Shown here piece by piece: positions 1-11,050 of a stretch of 64,000 nt of DNA; the first letter of the stretch is position 1; the number at the start of each line of letters is the position of its first letter. A model generated the notes under the pieces. The model did not search any database. It was given only the letters and a program-made list of their open reading frames with translations, and had not been told where the DNA came from. Made by a program: the position numbers and the translations under genes. Location: NCBI GenBank assembly GCA_032718475.1, contig JAUCBJ010004830.1:26310-90309 (forward strand). The letters run 5' to 3'. This DNA is from Nemertoderma westbladi. Lineage: Eukaryota; Animalia; Xenacoelomorpha.

Positions 1-150
1 AGTATGGAAGCAGCAATTAAAGCCATTTCCAAGGGTACATCGATTAAAAAAGCCTCAAAAATCCAGAAAATTCCTTTTGGAACTCTTTGGAACCATGTTC
101 ACAAATATAAAGATGGGAAAGTTGGGGCACCTATTGTCTTTGCTACATCA
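1..150 (+). pseudogene. HTH-psq DNA-binding N-terminus of a pogo/Tigger-like transposase (fragment)
   Basis: MEAAIKAISKGTSIKKASKIQKIPFGTLWNHV...GAPIVF fits the psq helix-turn-helix pattern; no DDE domain follows. Confidence 0.5.
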
Positions 151-589
151 ATGAATGCAACAAAGTCTTCACGTATAGCATTATCAGTAGTATGATAAAC
201 AACTTAAATAAAACAGCGTCTGCCATAGTCTACCATGTTAAAGAATTTGCCGAACGGCTCTTGCCCCGCCTACTTACTATGATTACCATTGTGTCACCCC
301 GCCCACTTACTATGGTTACCATTGTGTATATGTAACATATGTCACCACTGTGTATATGTGACATGTGGTATAAGGCCAGTCCGCAGACGGAAGTAATTTA
401 ATTAATTCGTGTCTACCGGTTGGTGTTTGACCTTGAACCGCAATAGGTAAAACCCAATATCGCTAAGCAACAAGTTGTAGGGCGAGCCGCGAATTGAGTG
501 TAAGGTTATAGTATTTATAATATTATTTTTAATTTGATTATTATACTTAAATCCATCACCATTACTATTTTAAAATTTGATGTTGCAGG

Positions 590-1630
590 TTGTCTCGCCC
601 GAATTACACCTACCGTGGTTACACGCTATCCTGCCCGACATGCTCTGATGATTTTGAAAACTTCGATTCATATATCGAACATAGTTGCCATCAAAACCAT
701 TACAATTCCCGCAAACGCAAACATAACCAAAAACAATCAGAACCGACATTTCAACCGGATCTCAACGTTGGTTCGCCTGTAAGCATTACAAACAGCTCAG
801 ATACACCCAACGAAGGTTTTCATCTCTCAAAAACATGTCACGAATCACGCGTTCAGGAATTTACTCATAATGTACCATCTAATGAGATGTATCTGGATGT
901 GCCGAATTATTTAAATTATATGGGGATATATGCTTCGCGCGCTTTTAACATGGGTGCATCGGCTTTTATTGATATGTTTTATAAAGTGTGGGTGATTGCT
1001 TCGGTGATAATGGAACGTGATGATGCTAATTATACTCTACAAGAAGAATTCCATTTTACTTCAATCGGTACAGATAATTATATTGAAAATAGCTCGGATT
1101 TTGACGAATGACTACACAGTCATTTCCCATATCGGTGAAAAAATATCACAATTTATTAGGCGGGGTAGCGGTTGGAAACTTGTAACTCTATCGCGCATCA
1201 AACTTACTATTGCGTCATACTTGCGATCGGTATATCGTTTTGGACATAGCGGTGATGCCAACCAATCAATCCCGACAAAATTAAAAAATAAAGATTGTAT
1301 AATAAATGTACCATGTAATGAAGGTGAATGTTTTAAGATAAATTTTGAAAAAAATAATCCAAATTATTTAATAAATTTATTGTATTTCGATAGAAGTAGC
1401 GAAAAAATTCCCTTTCTACGACAACCGAGCGCTAAAAAAGCTGAAGGTAAAAGATTGCTAAATTTATTGCTTATTGAATGTCAAAATTTAACCTCAACAA
1501 ATCACATCGTCGGGGTTTCTAACTTAAATAGATTATTTAATGGTCGCGGGGAAGGCAATAGCGACACTCATTGTCATCATTGTGAGCGGTGTATTCGTGG
1601 CTTCTACAGTCCAAATGCGTTAGAACGTAT
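590..1630 (+). pseudogene. N-terminal region of Polinton protein-primed DNA polymerase B, frameshifted and truncated
   Basis: ORFs 590..1111 and 1017..1694 join by a frameshift near 1100. Motifs GSGWKL, IPTKLKNKDCIINV..N..ECFK, FEKNN, LNLLLI, NLNRL and HCERCIRGF match the Maverick pPolB N-terminus. Exonuclease and polymerase motifs are absent. Confidence 0.7.
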
Positions 1631-1701
1631 GGGTATGAACGTTGGGCGCAAACGTAAAAAGCGAAATAATAAATGTCGTGATATTTTTATGTAACTTAAC
1701 A

Positions 1702-2952
1702 ATGAGTAAATTAGAATTATCATTATTCTCGAGTAAAACAAATCAGCGAGAATATACATCTTCACATTTTTTGGATATCTACCCGATTTCTACTCTTGAC
1801 GCGAATGCCAGGCAAATAGAGTTCTTTATACCCCAGTCAAATGTTCTATATACTGATTTAAAGAATTCGAAATTTCACATTAAATATAAAATTACATGGG
1901 ATGGTAATAGGGCTAACGACGATACAACCCTCCACCATCTCAATTACCCGGGTGGGTCACTATTTGAAAATTGTTCGTTGTACCTAAATGAAAAGCTAGT
2001 TGAAACCTCGAATGGGTTCTACACCTATAAGTCTACGTTTCAGACATTACTGTTGACAGATGCTAACGAAAAACGCGGTATTTTAAGAGCTGGCGGTTAT
2101 GAAGATACAGATAATAATCTAGGCGGGGTACCTGTCGCTACTGAGAATGATGTTCGTGGGAATTATGTTAAATTCGTTGTGGCCCCAATTTTTTTAGACC
2201 TAACAAGCCAAGACAAATTACTGCCGCCAGGAATTAACATTCGACTTTGTATAGACCGAGTATCGAATAATTTTTTTTTGAAAGTTGAACCCCCCGCAGG
2301 ATTGGTAAACCCAAGAGTTGAAATTATGAATATTAATTTAAAAATAAAACGTCACAGGATTGATGCCGAGGTTATGTGCGCGCATTTGTTGGGGTCACAA
2401 AAAAATGTCTTTATTTATAACTTGTTAAAACAAGAAGTGAAAACCTTCACTATTGGTGGCGGACAGTCCAGTTATACAGAATCGAACATAATCCAAGGGA
2501 AATTACCTAAGTATATTTTGATTGGAATGCTTACCAACGCCAGCTTCAACGGGGAATTAAGCAGTAATCCGCTACATTTTAACCATTTCGGTTTAAATTA
2601 TGCCGAACTAAACATCGACTCCCGTATTATACACGGGTATCCATATCGCCCTAACTTTCCGGAAAACAATTTTATGTTGGAATTCGAAAGTTTAATGAAC
2701 GTGTTCAAGAGCTTGAGCGGCGTATTTTGCTCGCTAACACCAGAATGGTTTCGTACCCAATTTCCTTTGATCGTATTTGATCTTACCGTGGGGGGCGATC
2801 AAAGCCATGAGATTCATCCTAGTATACATACAAGCGGGCATTTGATTCTGAAATTTAGTAATGCGCTAGTTAACACTATTAACGTTATATTAATGGCAAG
2901 CTATGACGCTCTTCTATCTATTTCGGAAGCCAAGGAAATAATAACCGAATAA
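1702..2952 (+). CDS. Polinton/adintovirus double-jelly-roll major capsid protein (hexon-like), intact 416 aa
   Basis: ATG at 1702. LELSLF..TNQ, IYPIST, IEFFIP, YTDL, SLFENCSLYLNE, YTYKS, QDKLLPPGINIRL, GKLPKYILIGM, FNGELSSNPLHFNHF and LIVFDLT are typical Maverick MCP motifs. No internal stops. Confidence 0.85.
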   Translation: MSKLELSLFSSKTNQREYTSSHFLDIYPISTLDANARQIEFFIPQSNVLYTDLKNSKFHIKYKITWDGNRANDDTTLHHLNYPGGSLFENCSLYLNEKLVETSNGFYTYKSTFQTLLLTDANEKRGILRAGGYEDTDNNLGGVPVATENDVRGNYVKFVVAPIFLDLTSQDKLLPPGINIRLCIDRVSNNFFLKVEPPAGLVNPRVEIMNINLKIKRHRIDAEVMCAHLLGSQKNVFIYNLLKQEVKTFTIGGGQSSYTESNIIQGKLPKYILIGMLTNASFNGELSSNPLHFNHFGLNYAELNIDSRIIHGYPYRPNFPENNFMLEFESLMNVFKSLSGVFCSLTPEWFRTQFPLIVFDLTVGGDQSHEIHPSIHTSGHLILKFSNALVNTINVILMASYDALLSISEAKEIITE

Positions 2953-3046
2953 ATAAAGATCTCGCATAGTACAAAGTAAGCGAAGCCGCACCGCCTGTGG
3001 AATTAGAAAAATTATCTTAAACTTTTAATGATACGCGCACGCTAAG

Positions 3047-3486
3047 ATGTTGGACTCTATACAATTAGCGAAATTCCCGGTGGGGCCTGAATACATCGGT
3101 GTTTATGCAATCGACCAATTACACCTAATACACGCAAAAAAAATAAGCATAAACAAAATTATTCATTTATTATTAATAATCAACGTATAGGCCTACCGGG
3201 GCAACACTGGTCTTGTGTACGCATGGTTAACAAAATTGCTTATTATTTAGATTCGTTTGGTAAAGCCCCACCACCGAAAATATCATATTGGTTGCATAAA
3301 TATACCCAAAGGCATACTTGGAATCGTTAAATATTTCAAGCGCCACATTCGACTCAGTGTGGTCTATTTTGTCTGTATTATCTAACCGAGGTGCCGAAAA
3401 ATCCTGGAGCAATGAATATATTCACCTCTAATTTGCGGTACAATGATTTATTGTTATTACTGTGGACACTTTCATTAATAAAATAA
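3047..3486 (+). pseudogene. Adenain-like (C5) capsid maturation cysteine protease, disrupted
   Basis: Hand translation (not in the ORF track): MLDSIQL..YIGVYAIDQL, frameshift at the A-run near 3140, then FIINN..PGQHW..YYLDSFG..WNR*IFQAPHSTQCGLFCLYYL. The H, D, Q and C catalytic motifs are present; one internal TAA near 3328. Confidence 0.85.
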
Positions 3487-4837
3487 TTTATTTATTTTGG
3501 TTATGGGTATATTCAATTGCGGTGTGTGAAAATATTATTAGCATTAATATTAATAATAAATATTTATTTCTTGGGTATATAGTAATAGCAATATTTTTAA
3601 TAAATATATGGGACGCGGTAAGTGACATGGGTGGGGTCTTCACGCGGCACTATTCGTTTTTTAATTTTCATTGTCAATCACTGAAACCTTGTGAGGTGAA
3701 GTCTTAGCGTGTGGGCACCAGTAAAACCGGTATAATCGGACATAGCCATATCGGGGCCCCAACTCTTTCCATTATATACCAAGCATCTGCCGCCCAACCT
3801 ATGTGGTTAACACAAAGGCCAGAATCTCTATCCACGCTATGCGCATTAGACAATAATTAAACGCTCTAACGACAATCAAAGGTCTGGGTTCAATTTACTC
3901 ACATATGTGACCGGTTTCACAAAAGAAATAAGCCATATATAGATACGAAGCATAGATAATTAGCCTTACCAAAATTAGCTAGTTCTGTTATAATAGTTTA
4001 CTATATTAACATTGGGAATAGCGATACTAAAATCACTTTAATATTTAAATTATAATATTATTCTTAATTTATTAATTTCAATTTCAATGGCTGAAGGCGG
4101 TAAGAAACCAACGTTAGTTGTTCAACCCTTCGTGCATCATCCTTCAACATTTAAAAAATTGAACAGGATGAATCTAATCAGAGAGGCACAAAGGGTGCGG
4201 GCGATGCACTCGCCGGAGGTAAACTGGTGGTATAAAGATGATTTGGTCCCGGCGCGCCCGGCGATCGTCTTGCCGATCGCTGGGGGATGACTGATGTGCG
4301 TGTGCCCACCACGGATGATCGGTGAAACGCATACGCCACCTCCAACCGAAAATTAATGTAAGTAATAATTTCGACAATTAATATAATAACATTAATAAAT
4401 AAAATCAACAAATTCAACAATAGTACCTACATGCTAAAGGCTTTGCTTACTTCATGCTGCGTGAAGGCTCAGGACATTAGGTTAGCGTGCTATAGCCAGA
4501 TGCGTACCCCTGGAAGTCCAAATAGTTCTCTATACATGGGTGTGGTACCCAATCAATGTATGTATGCCCACCAAGAACCTAACCACCCATACCGCACCCC
4601 CACCTCCAAAACCGACCCCCCACGCCATCCCCCCTCCCCCACCCCCACATCCACACTCCCACGCTCGGGTGTCTTTCTCTGCTGTTTTCATTATTTGATT
4701 GTGGGGCTCTAAATTAAAAGAGCCACTCAGAAATTATATAATAGTGCTTTTACTTTTTTTTTATAGTGAGTGTTTAACAGCTGTGAAGAGGGCGTGGTGT
4801 AGTGTGGCGTATAACTGCCTTGGCCAGTAGCCGATAG

Positions 4838-5086
4838 ATGTTTGCAGGACATTGCTTTCGCCGTGAGGACCAGCCAGTGCATAATCTTGTACTTTGGCAG
4901 CCTCATGCAGTGAATAAGAATGGTGGACAGCCTATGACTTTCTTGAGACGCATCTTAAAGGACACTGGCCTTGAAGAGCATTTCATGGGTGATAGGGAGT
5001 TGTGGCGGGTCAATTTTGTCGACAAACCGGCACAGCATTCTTAATAATGCAGCTGCAATGCAGCATGTCGATCCTAGTAGTAATAG
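4838..5086 (+). mobile_element. RTE-clade LINE 3' end fragment
   Basis: FAGHCFRREDQPVHNLVLWQP...MGDRELWR followed by a TAG-type tail; same family as the copies at 5535, 8126 and 37375. Confidence 0.8.
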
Positions 5087-5460
5087 TTTGTACAGAACGG
5101 GCAGTAAAATATTGGGTCTTTGTTTTGTACAGAACGGACAGTAAAGTCTTGGGTCTTTGTTTTGTACCGAACAGGCAGTAAAGTCTTGGGGCTTTGTTTT
5201 GTACAGAACGGGCAGTAAAGTCTTGGGTCTTTGTTTTGTACAGAACGGGCAGTAAAGTCTTGGGTCTTTGTTTTGTACAGAACGGACAGTAAAGTCTTGG
5301 GTCTTTGTTTTGTACAGAACGGGCAGTAATGTCTTGGGGCTTTGTTTTGTACAGAACGTGCAGTAAAGTCTTGGGTCTTTGTTTTGTACAGAACGGACAG
5401 TAAAGTCCTTGGGTCTTTGTTTTGTACAGAACGGGCAGTAATGTCTTGGGGCTTTGTTTG
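5086..5460. repeat. 37-bp minisatellite, about 10 copies
   Basis: Unit TTTGTTTTGTACAGAACGGGCAGTAAAGTCTTGGGTC. Confidence 0.95.
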
Positions 5461-5535
5461 TATGCAATCCAACCTCCTTAGCAGCCCTCTCCACTTTATT
5501 TAGTAGAAGCTGTGCATCTGCTAGCATCTCCATCT
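5455..5535 (-). pseudogene. Short LINE reverse-transcriptase fragment
   Basis: DAQLLLNKVERAAKEVGLHTNK resembles the segment after the FADD motif in RTE-type RTs. Confidence 0.55.
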
Positions 5536-5940
5536 CCATGTCCGTGTCTACGGGAGTCCTGAATGCTACGCCGGGTACATTGTGTCAAGTACAATGCACA
5601 CATCTCCAACCAGACACTATATAACATTGGAGTTGTCTCATTGGTTCCCCCAAGCTTGACACTAGAACAAAATCGCCTCCGCTTTGCAGGACATTGCTTT
5701 CGCCGTGAGGACCAGCCAGTGCATAATCTTGTACTTTGGCAGCCTCATGGAGTGAATAAGCATGGTGGACAGCCCATGACTTTCTTGAGACGCATCTTAA
5801 AGGACACTGGCCTTAAAGATGCGGATGATCTAGCAAATGTCATGGGTGATAGGGAGTTGTGGCGGTGCAATTTTGTTGACAAGCCAGCACAGCATTCTTA
5901 AAAATGCAGCTGCAATGCAGCATGCCGATCCTAGTAGTAG
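5535..5940 (+). mobile_element. RTE LINE 3' end with (TAG)n tail
   Basis: ORF 5563..5901 is the RTE ORF C-terminus; ends GATCCTAGTAGTAG; near-identical inverted copy of 8126-8543. Confidence 0.85.
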
Positions 5941-6094
5941 ATAGATGTATACCATGCGAGTCAAGAACGTTTCCGCCCTCAACTCGCTGGCTTAGTGTGC
6001 CACCCATCCGAATAGCGGATGTATAGTTGGATAGTTGTATAGACAACTATTTCATTTCTTCATACTTGGAAAAAAGCACCAAGCAATCGTTTAG

Positions 6095-6500
6095 ACATCA
6101 TTACCTAGAGTTTGCTCAATTTACCCTCCTATTTTTAGAAGGCAATGTTTTAATTGTGGGTGGCCAGCCATCACAATGAAAGCCCAGGCGCATGCCATCA
6201 TGCAAGATGGATGTCCAAGGATATGCAATCAAAATGCCTTGTTACGATCTGAAATCCAGAATATTTATACAACAGATCAGCTTGATTCAATCACCAGCCT
6301 GGCTATATTTATATCAGTATTCTTAACTAAAGCCTGGCTGACTTCTACCTCTGTACAGGATGCCACTCAGAACGACCTCGATTTAATGAAGATGTTTTTC
6401 AAGACAGAGGCTACAGTGGCCAGTCAACTTCAGCTCACTTGTTGGTGCTGCTCGCAATAAGTTGGAAAACTACTTGTGGTATTTATCTGAACGCCTTGTA
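6095..6500 (+). pseudogene. hATm-like DNA transposase relic (C-terminal half)
   Basis: Across frames: HYLEFAQFTLLFL..PGACHHARWMSK..LAIFISVFLTKAWL..NDL..KLENYLWYLSERLV. The PGAxHHARWM and LWYLSE motifs are characteristic. Confidence 0.65.
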
Positions 6501-6519
6501 ACCCATATACTGTATATTA

Positions 6520-6935
6520 CTGCATTATCTAAACCCACCCTCGACCCATATAGACTACTGCAACCTGCATATATCTAAACCCACCCTCCACCCATATAGA
6601 CTACTGCTACTTGCATATATCTAAACCCACCCTCGACCTATATAGACTACTGCATGTTGCATGTATCTAAACCCACACTCCACCTATATACTGTACATTA
6701 CTGCATTATCTATAAATCTACCCTCCAACCATATACATTACAGCATGTATCTAAACCCACCCTCCACCTATATACTGTACATTATTGCATTATCTATAAA
6801 GCCACCCTCCACCCATATACATTACAGCATGTATCTAAACCCACCCTCCACCTATATACTGTACATTACTGCATTATCTATAAACCCACCCTCCACCCAT
6901 ATACATTACTGCATGTATCTAAAACCACCTTCCCC
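6520..6935. repeat. 84-bp tandem repeat built from about 42-bp subunits
   Basis: Recurring ATCTAAACCCACCCTCCACC(C/T)ATATA core; explains ORFs 6654 and 6661. Confidence 0.9.
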
Positions 6936-7204
6936 CCCACCCACCCTATGTCTAATACTTTTTATTTTACCCACTAAAAACGTTTAACAAATTATTATTG
7001 ACGTTTTCCGTCATTTATCTGCCAGCAACATTATTTTAATATAAAAATGTAAAAATAAAAATTATAAAATTGCAGATAAAGAACGAAAGAGTGCCTAGAT
7101 AGTAGATACCTATCCTACATAATGGTACAAAAATGTAATGAATATAAGTAAATTTTAAAAAGAAATAAGCAACACTTACTTTTTAGTCCCAATGTATAGC
7201 ACAT

Positions 7205-7860
7205 TTAAATGGTACAGACTGCTATGCCTTGATGTGTTTCTAAGTTGTGACCTGAAAGCTGGTTTTCCCCTTGCAATGGTTCTGATGGAGTAACAGTCGC
7301 AGGTAAAATTCATAACCAGACAAAGGATGGACAGTGTGAACATGCCTGACTTTGAAACTGCGCTTACGTTTGTGCCACTTCTTCGTAGAGTGGTTAAACG
7401 TAATTTTTTTTTGGAAAATCTATGTAGGAAACATCAGTCCCAGGATTGGTGGCGTTATAGTTAAAGAAGGCTGTTAATTCAGTGTTGTGCGACTTCTCTG
7501 AAATAACATTTTGAAGATCAGCCTCCTGGCATAATATTACCATTTGATCATTCTCCAGATAAATTCGGAGAGCCTGAACGGGGGAATCTGCTGCGTGATT
7601 TTGAAGCCTTGCGCCATGCAGCCTCCGGGGCGCCGATGTAATGCATATTCTGGTAGCTGGTGAACACGTTGACATCCATGGCATCAAGCATGAGCAGAAA
7701 ATGGGTGGGGCTCAACCTTCTTATTCTCTGCATCCCAAATCGCTGGCAGGCGGATGTCCCCTTCGATTACCCATGTCTGGTCCAACCCCCGCCGGTAGCA
7801 GGGGCCAGCCGCCCCCTTTAAACCTCGGCACAAGTTGCCCCCACACACCTTCTTCAATGT
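7205..7860 (-). pseudogene. Canonical Helitron RepHel relic (region between Rep and helicase)
   Basis: YQNMHYIGAPEAAWR, PVQALRIYLENDQ, TELTAFFNYN, YIDFP, and by hand KKWHKRKR..VHTVHPLSGYEFYLRLLL..GKTSF. Confidence 0.8.
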
Positions 7861-8125
7861 CATCTAAAAAATACAATATTTATAAATGAGATTTATTATT
7901 ATTCATTATTTATTTTGATTGGTATATTGCTTATTGTTTAGGTAAGTCATTATTTTTTTTTAATAAAGGCAATTCTGCTTAATTTGGTTATAAAAATATA
8001 TGTAATAGAAATTGACAAACTTATCTACTACAATAATTATTATTATTAATCTTTATTTACAAATACGAAATAATATTAACAACAACACAAACCCCGGCCC
8101 TTAGATGTATCGGACTAAGCCGGGA

Positions 8126-9520
8126 TACTACTACTACTACTACTACTAGGATCGGCAGCTGCATTGCAGCTGCATTTTTAAGAATGCTGTGCCGGCTTGT
8201 CAACAAAATTGCACCGCCACAACTCCCTATCACCCATGACATTTGCTAGATCATCCGCATCTTTAAGGCCAGTGTCCTTTAAGATGTGTCTCAAGAAAGT
8301 CATGGGCTGTCCACCATGCTTATTCACTCCATGAGGCTGCCAAAGTACAAGATTATGCACTGGCTGGTCCTCACGGCGAAAGCAATGTCCTGCAAAGCGG
8401 AGGCGATTTTGTTCTAGTGTCAAGCTTGGGGGAACCAATGAGACAACTCCAATGTTATATAGTGTCTGGTTGGAGATGTGTGCATTGTACTTGACACAAT
8501 GTACCCGGCGTAGCATTCAGGACTCCCGTAGACACGGACATGGACTCCCGTAGAGGAGTACTGGAACTACTGTTGCTCTAAATAATCGGACCTTAAGTTT
8601 CTGATTAATTCTCTGTGACTTCCAAATCCTGGAAAGCCTATTCAAGGCTGCCCATGCCTTTCCCTTACGTATTCGAAGTCGTCCACATGCTCAAGCATAC
8701 CATCCTTTGAGCTTATGCTCATCCGATCAGAGACTTGCTGAGGACTTTCAAAGTTAACTGTCAGAATTTTGGTCTTTCTGGAGTTAATAAAAAGACCAAC
8801 ACTAAAAGCAGCATGTTCTAATGAGCTGAGGAGCCGTTGGGCTCCCTCTAATGATTCTGAGAGTACTCCTAAGTCATCAGCAAAGTCTAGATCAGTTAGG
8901 TACTTGGCAGGATTTCCTCGACTTCTGGAGCCAGTAGGTGGAGTTATCATCACCCCATCATCATTATAATGATCTAAGGACATGTGTAGAACATAGTCAA
9001 CCACAAGAATGAACAAGAATGGTGCAAGTGTGTCTCCTTGGAGGACGCCCCATAACACTTCAAATGGTTCTGTGTCACCGTCAACAGTAGACACAAATGT
9101 TGTCGAACCATCGTATACTGATCTGATTGCTGCAATAATTTCATCAGGAATCCCATATAATGAAAGTATGCTGAACATACGTGAGCGAGATACTGAATCA
9201 AAGGCCTTGAAGAAGTCAACAAAGATAACAGCCAGATGCCTGTCTTTCTTTTTTGATAACTCTTCAATTATCCTTCTAAGTGCCAAAATGGGCTCCATGG
9301 TCCCACGACCTTTACGGAACCCATTCTGATTTCCACGGAGCAGTCTCTCAATGGGATCCCTGATGCGATTTAATAGAATCCTATTGTATAGCTTTGCAGC
9401 AATCGAGATCAATGAGATTCCCCGAAAAGAACCATAGAGTGTTAGGTTGCCCTTTTTGGGAACTGGCACCAACTTATTTGTTTTCATTTCTTGTGGGACT
9501 CTTGTTGTTCGGTACATGTC
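8126..9520 (-). mobile_element. 5'-truncated RTE LINE with RT domain and (TAG)n tail
   Basis: ORF 8642..9517 has PKKG, FRGISL, QNGFR, FVDFFKAFDSV, GVLQGDTLAPFLF and DFADD. Two internal deletions relative to the copy at 38 kb. Confidence 0.92.
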
Positions 9521-10619
9521 TACTATGATGGGATAGAGCTGTAGCTAGAGCTGTAAGCAGATTCAATTCCATTGCATTATCCACCAGAAAATGGGACCAG
9601 TGGCATTTTACCAATATAGTTGGGGATACGAGATTACCAATAATAATCTCGCCTCATAACCAACTTTGGGGGGGGGGGGGGCGACACAATCTCTAAAGCC
9701 ACAGAGAGAGGTGAGAGGTCAAACTACCTCGGAGGGAGAACACAGCTAGTAGAGGCTAGCGACGGGGGGAAACACTCACAGGGAGTGCCAAAGTGACAAT
9801 TAGTATATAAGCAAATAGCAGGCAGGGAAGTACGTGATCAGAGATAGGAAAGCATCCACTGGGTACAGAAGGCCAAGTAGAGTAAGAGGTGTAACCACTA
9901 TCTGTGTGTATCAATCATATATTATTCTTTATTACTGATTGCATTTACATTTATTATGTAGATTCAACGTTCAGACAAACGCACTAAGATACCGCACCAG
10001 TAAGTTTGAAATGCTCAAACTTGTAAAATAGGAATGTAAAATTGTTCTTATGAGCTGTAGGATTTTTTGAGATATGCATGACATGCTGACATGAGCTTCG
10101 CGATTTTGTATGATTATGATGAGGTGCGCAACGAGCTAATTTCAGGTGCGCGGTGATCTCGAAACAACAAAGCTGCGGGCTCATGCATCCAATTCAATCC
10201 ATTCCAACCTGGCCTGCCAGCAGCCCTAATTACAATAGCCTACCGAACCGGTACCGGATACTTTTTATATTTATTATTTAGGCCTGATTAATTGCGATTA
10301 ATTGCTATTGATTGCGATTACTATTATTATTATTATTTGATATTATTTTATTATTTATTTACGTGGTTGTGATAGAACCTTACTCGAACCTTTGGTGGAT
10401 TGTCATCGATTCGCTTGGCTTCTTCTTCCAGTTCTGTAGAAGCTATTGTGACTTCACTTTTTGATTGTTGTATTTTATCGCTGTGCGTCGTGGAACACTA
10501 AACGTTTGAGCATCTATTTGCTTTATTCATTTAGGTTAGTCTAACAGTTCTAAGTCCAACTGTAATACAGTAATAGCCTACTGTAAACCACTTCTTTGAA
10601 CTTTTTCTTTGAAATTAGC

Positions 10620-10835
10620 ATGAAGGACGTCAATGCATGGTCCCCACCACATCAACTACTAGCAACAACCCCAACCCTGCGACAACCCAAGCCAGTACAG
10701 CTGCGGTGCAATCAACAGAGACAACGAACGTCCGTGATAAAACTGTTAAACCACCATCAAAGTCTTCCTCCGGGAAGGTTGGTAACAAGCCACGTCAGCC
10801 ACATAACATAACATCACAAAGTAATACTACTGTAG
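10620..10835 (+). repeat. Copy of the 3' end of ORF1 of the CR1-group LINE at 40.1-41.4 kb
   Basis: Closely matches the reverse complement of about 40650-40858 (GGACGTCAATGCATGGTCCCCACC...GGTTGGTAACAAGCCACGTCAGCCAC). Confidence 0.8.
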
Positions 10836-11050
10836 TTCCCACCCATTCTGACTAAATCACCAACAACGTTCCTTCCTGTTCCACCTACATCATCCATGGC
10901 GTTCCCACCCGTTCCGACTAAATCACCAACAACGTTCCTTCCTGTTCCACCTATGTCATCCATGGCATTCCCACCCATTATGACTAAGTTACCCACAACG
11001 TTCCTTCCTGTTCCACCTATGTCATCCATAATGTCCCCTCCCATTCCGAC
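10835..11050. repeat. 66-bp tandem repeat, about 3 copies
   Basis: Encodes GGNAMDD(I/V)GGTGRNVVG(D/N)LV units on the minus strand, directly downstream of the recombinase domain. Confidence 0.9.

Larger units (their letters stand above)
590..3486 (+). mobile_element. Polinton/Maverick (adintovirus-like) endogenous element relic A
   Basis: Three co-oriented Polinton hallmark genes: pPolB N-terminal region, major capsid protein, adenain protease. Termini not identified. Confidence 0.85.

Noticed and set aside
4955-5539. Cys-rich ORFs (YCPFC repeats) resembling zinc fingers
   Set aside because: Translation of a 37-bp minisatellite that cycles through frames.
9552-9980. Possible solo LTR (TG start, TATA-like motif)
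   Set aside because: No matching TSD or second copy in the window.
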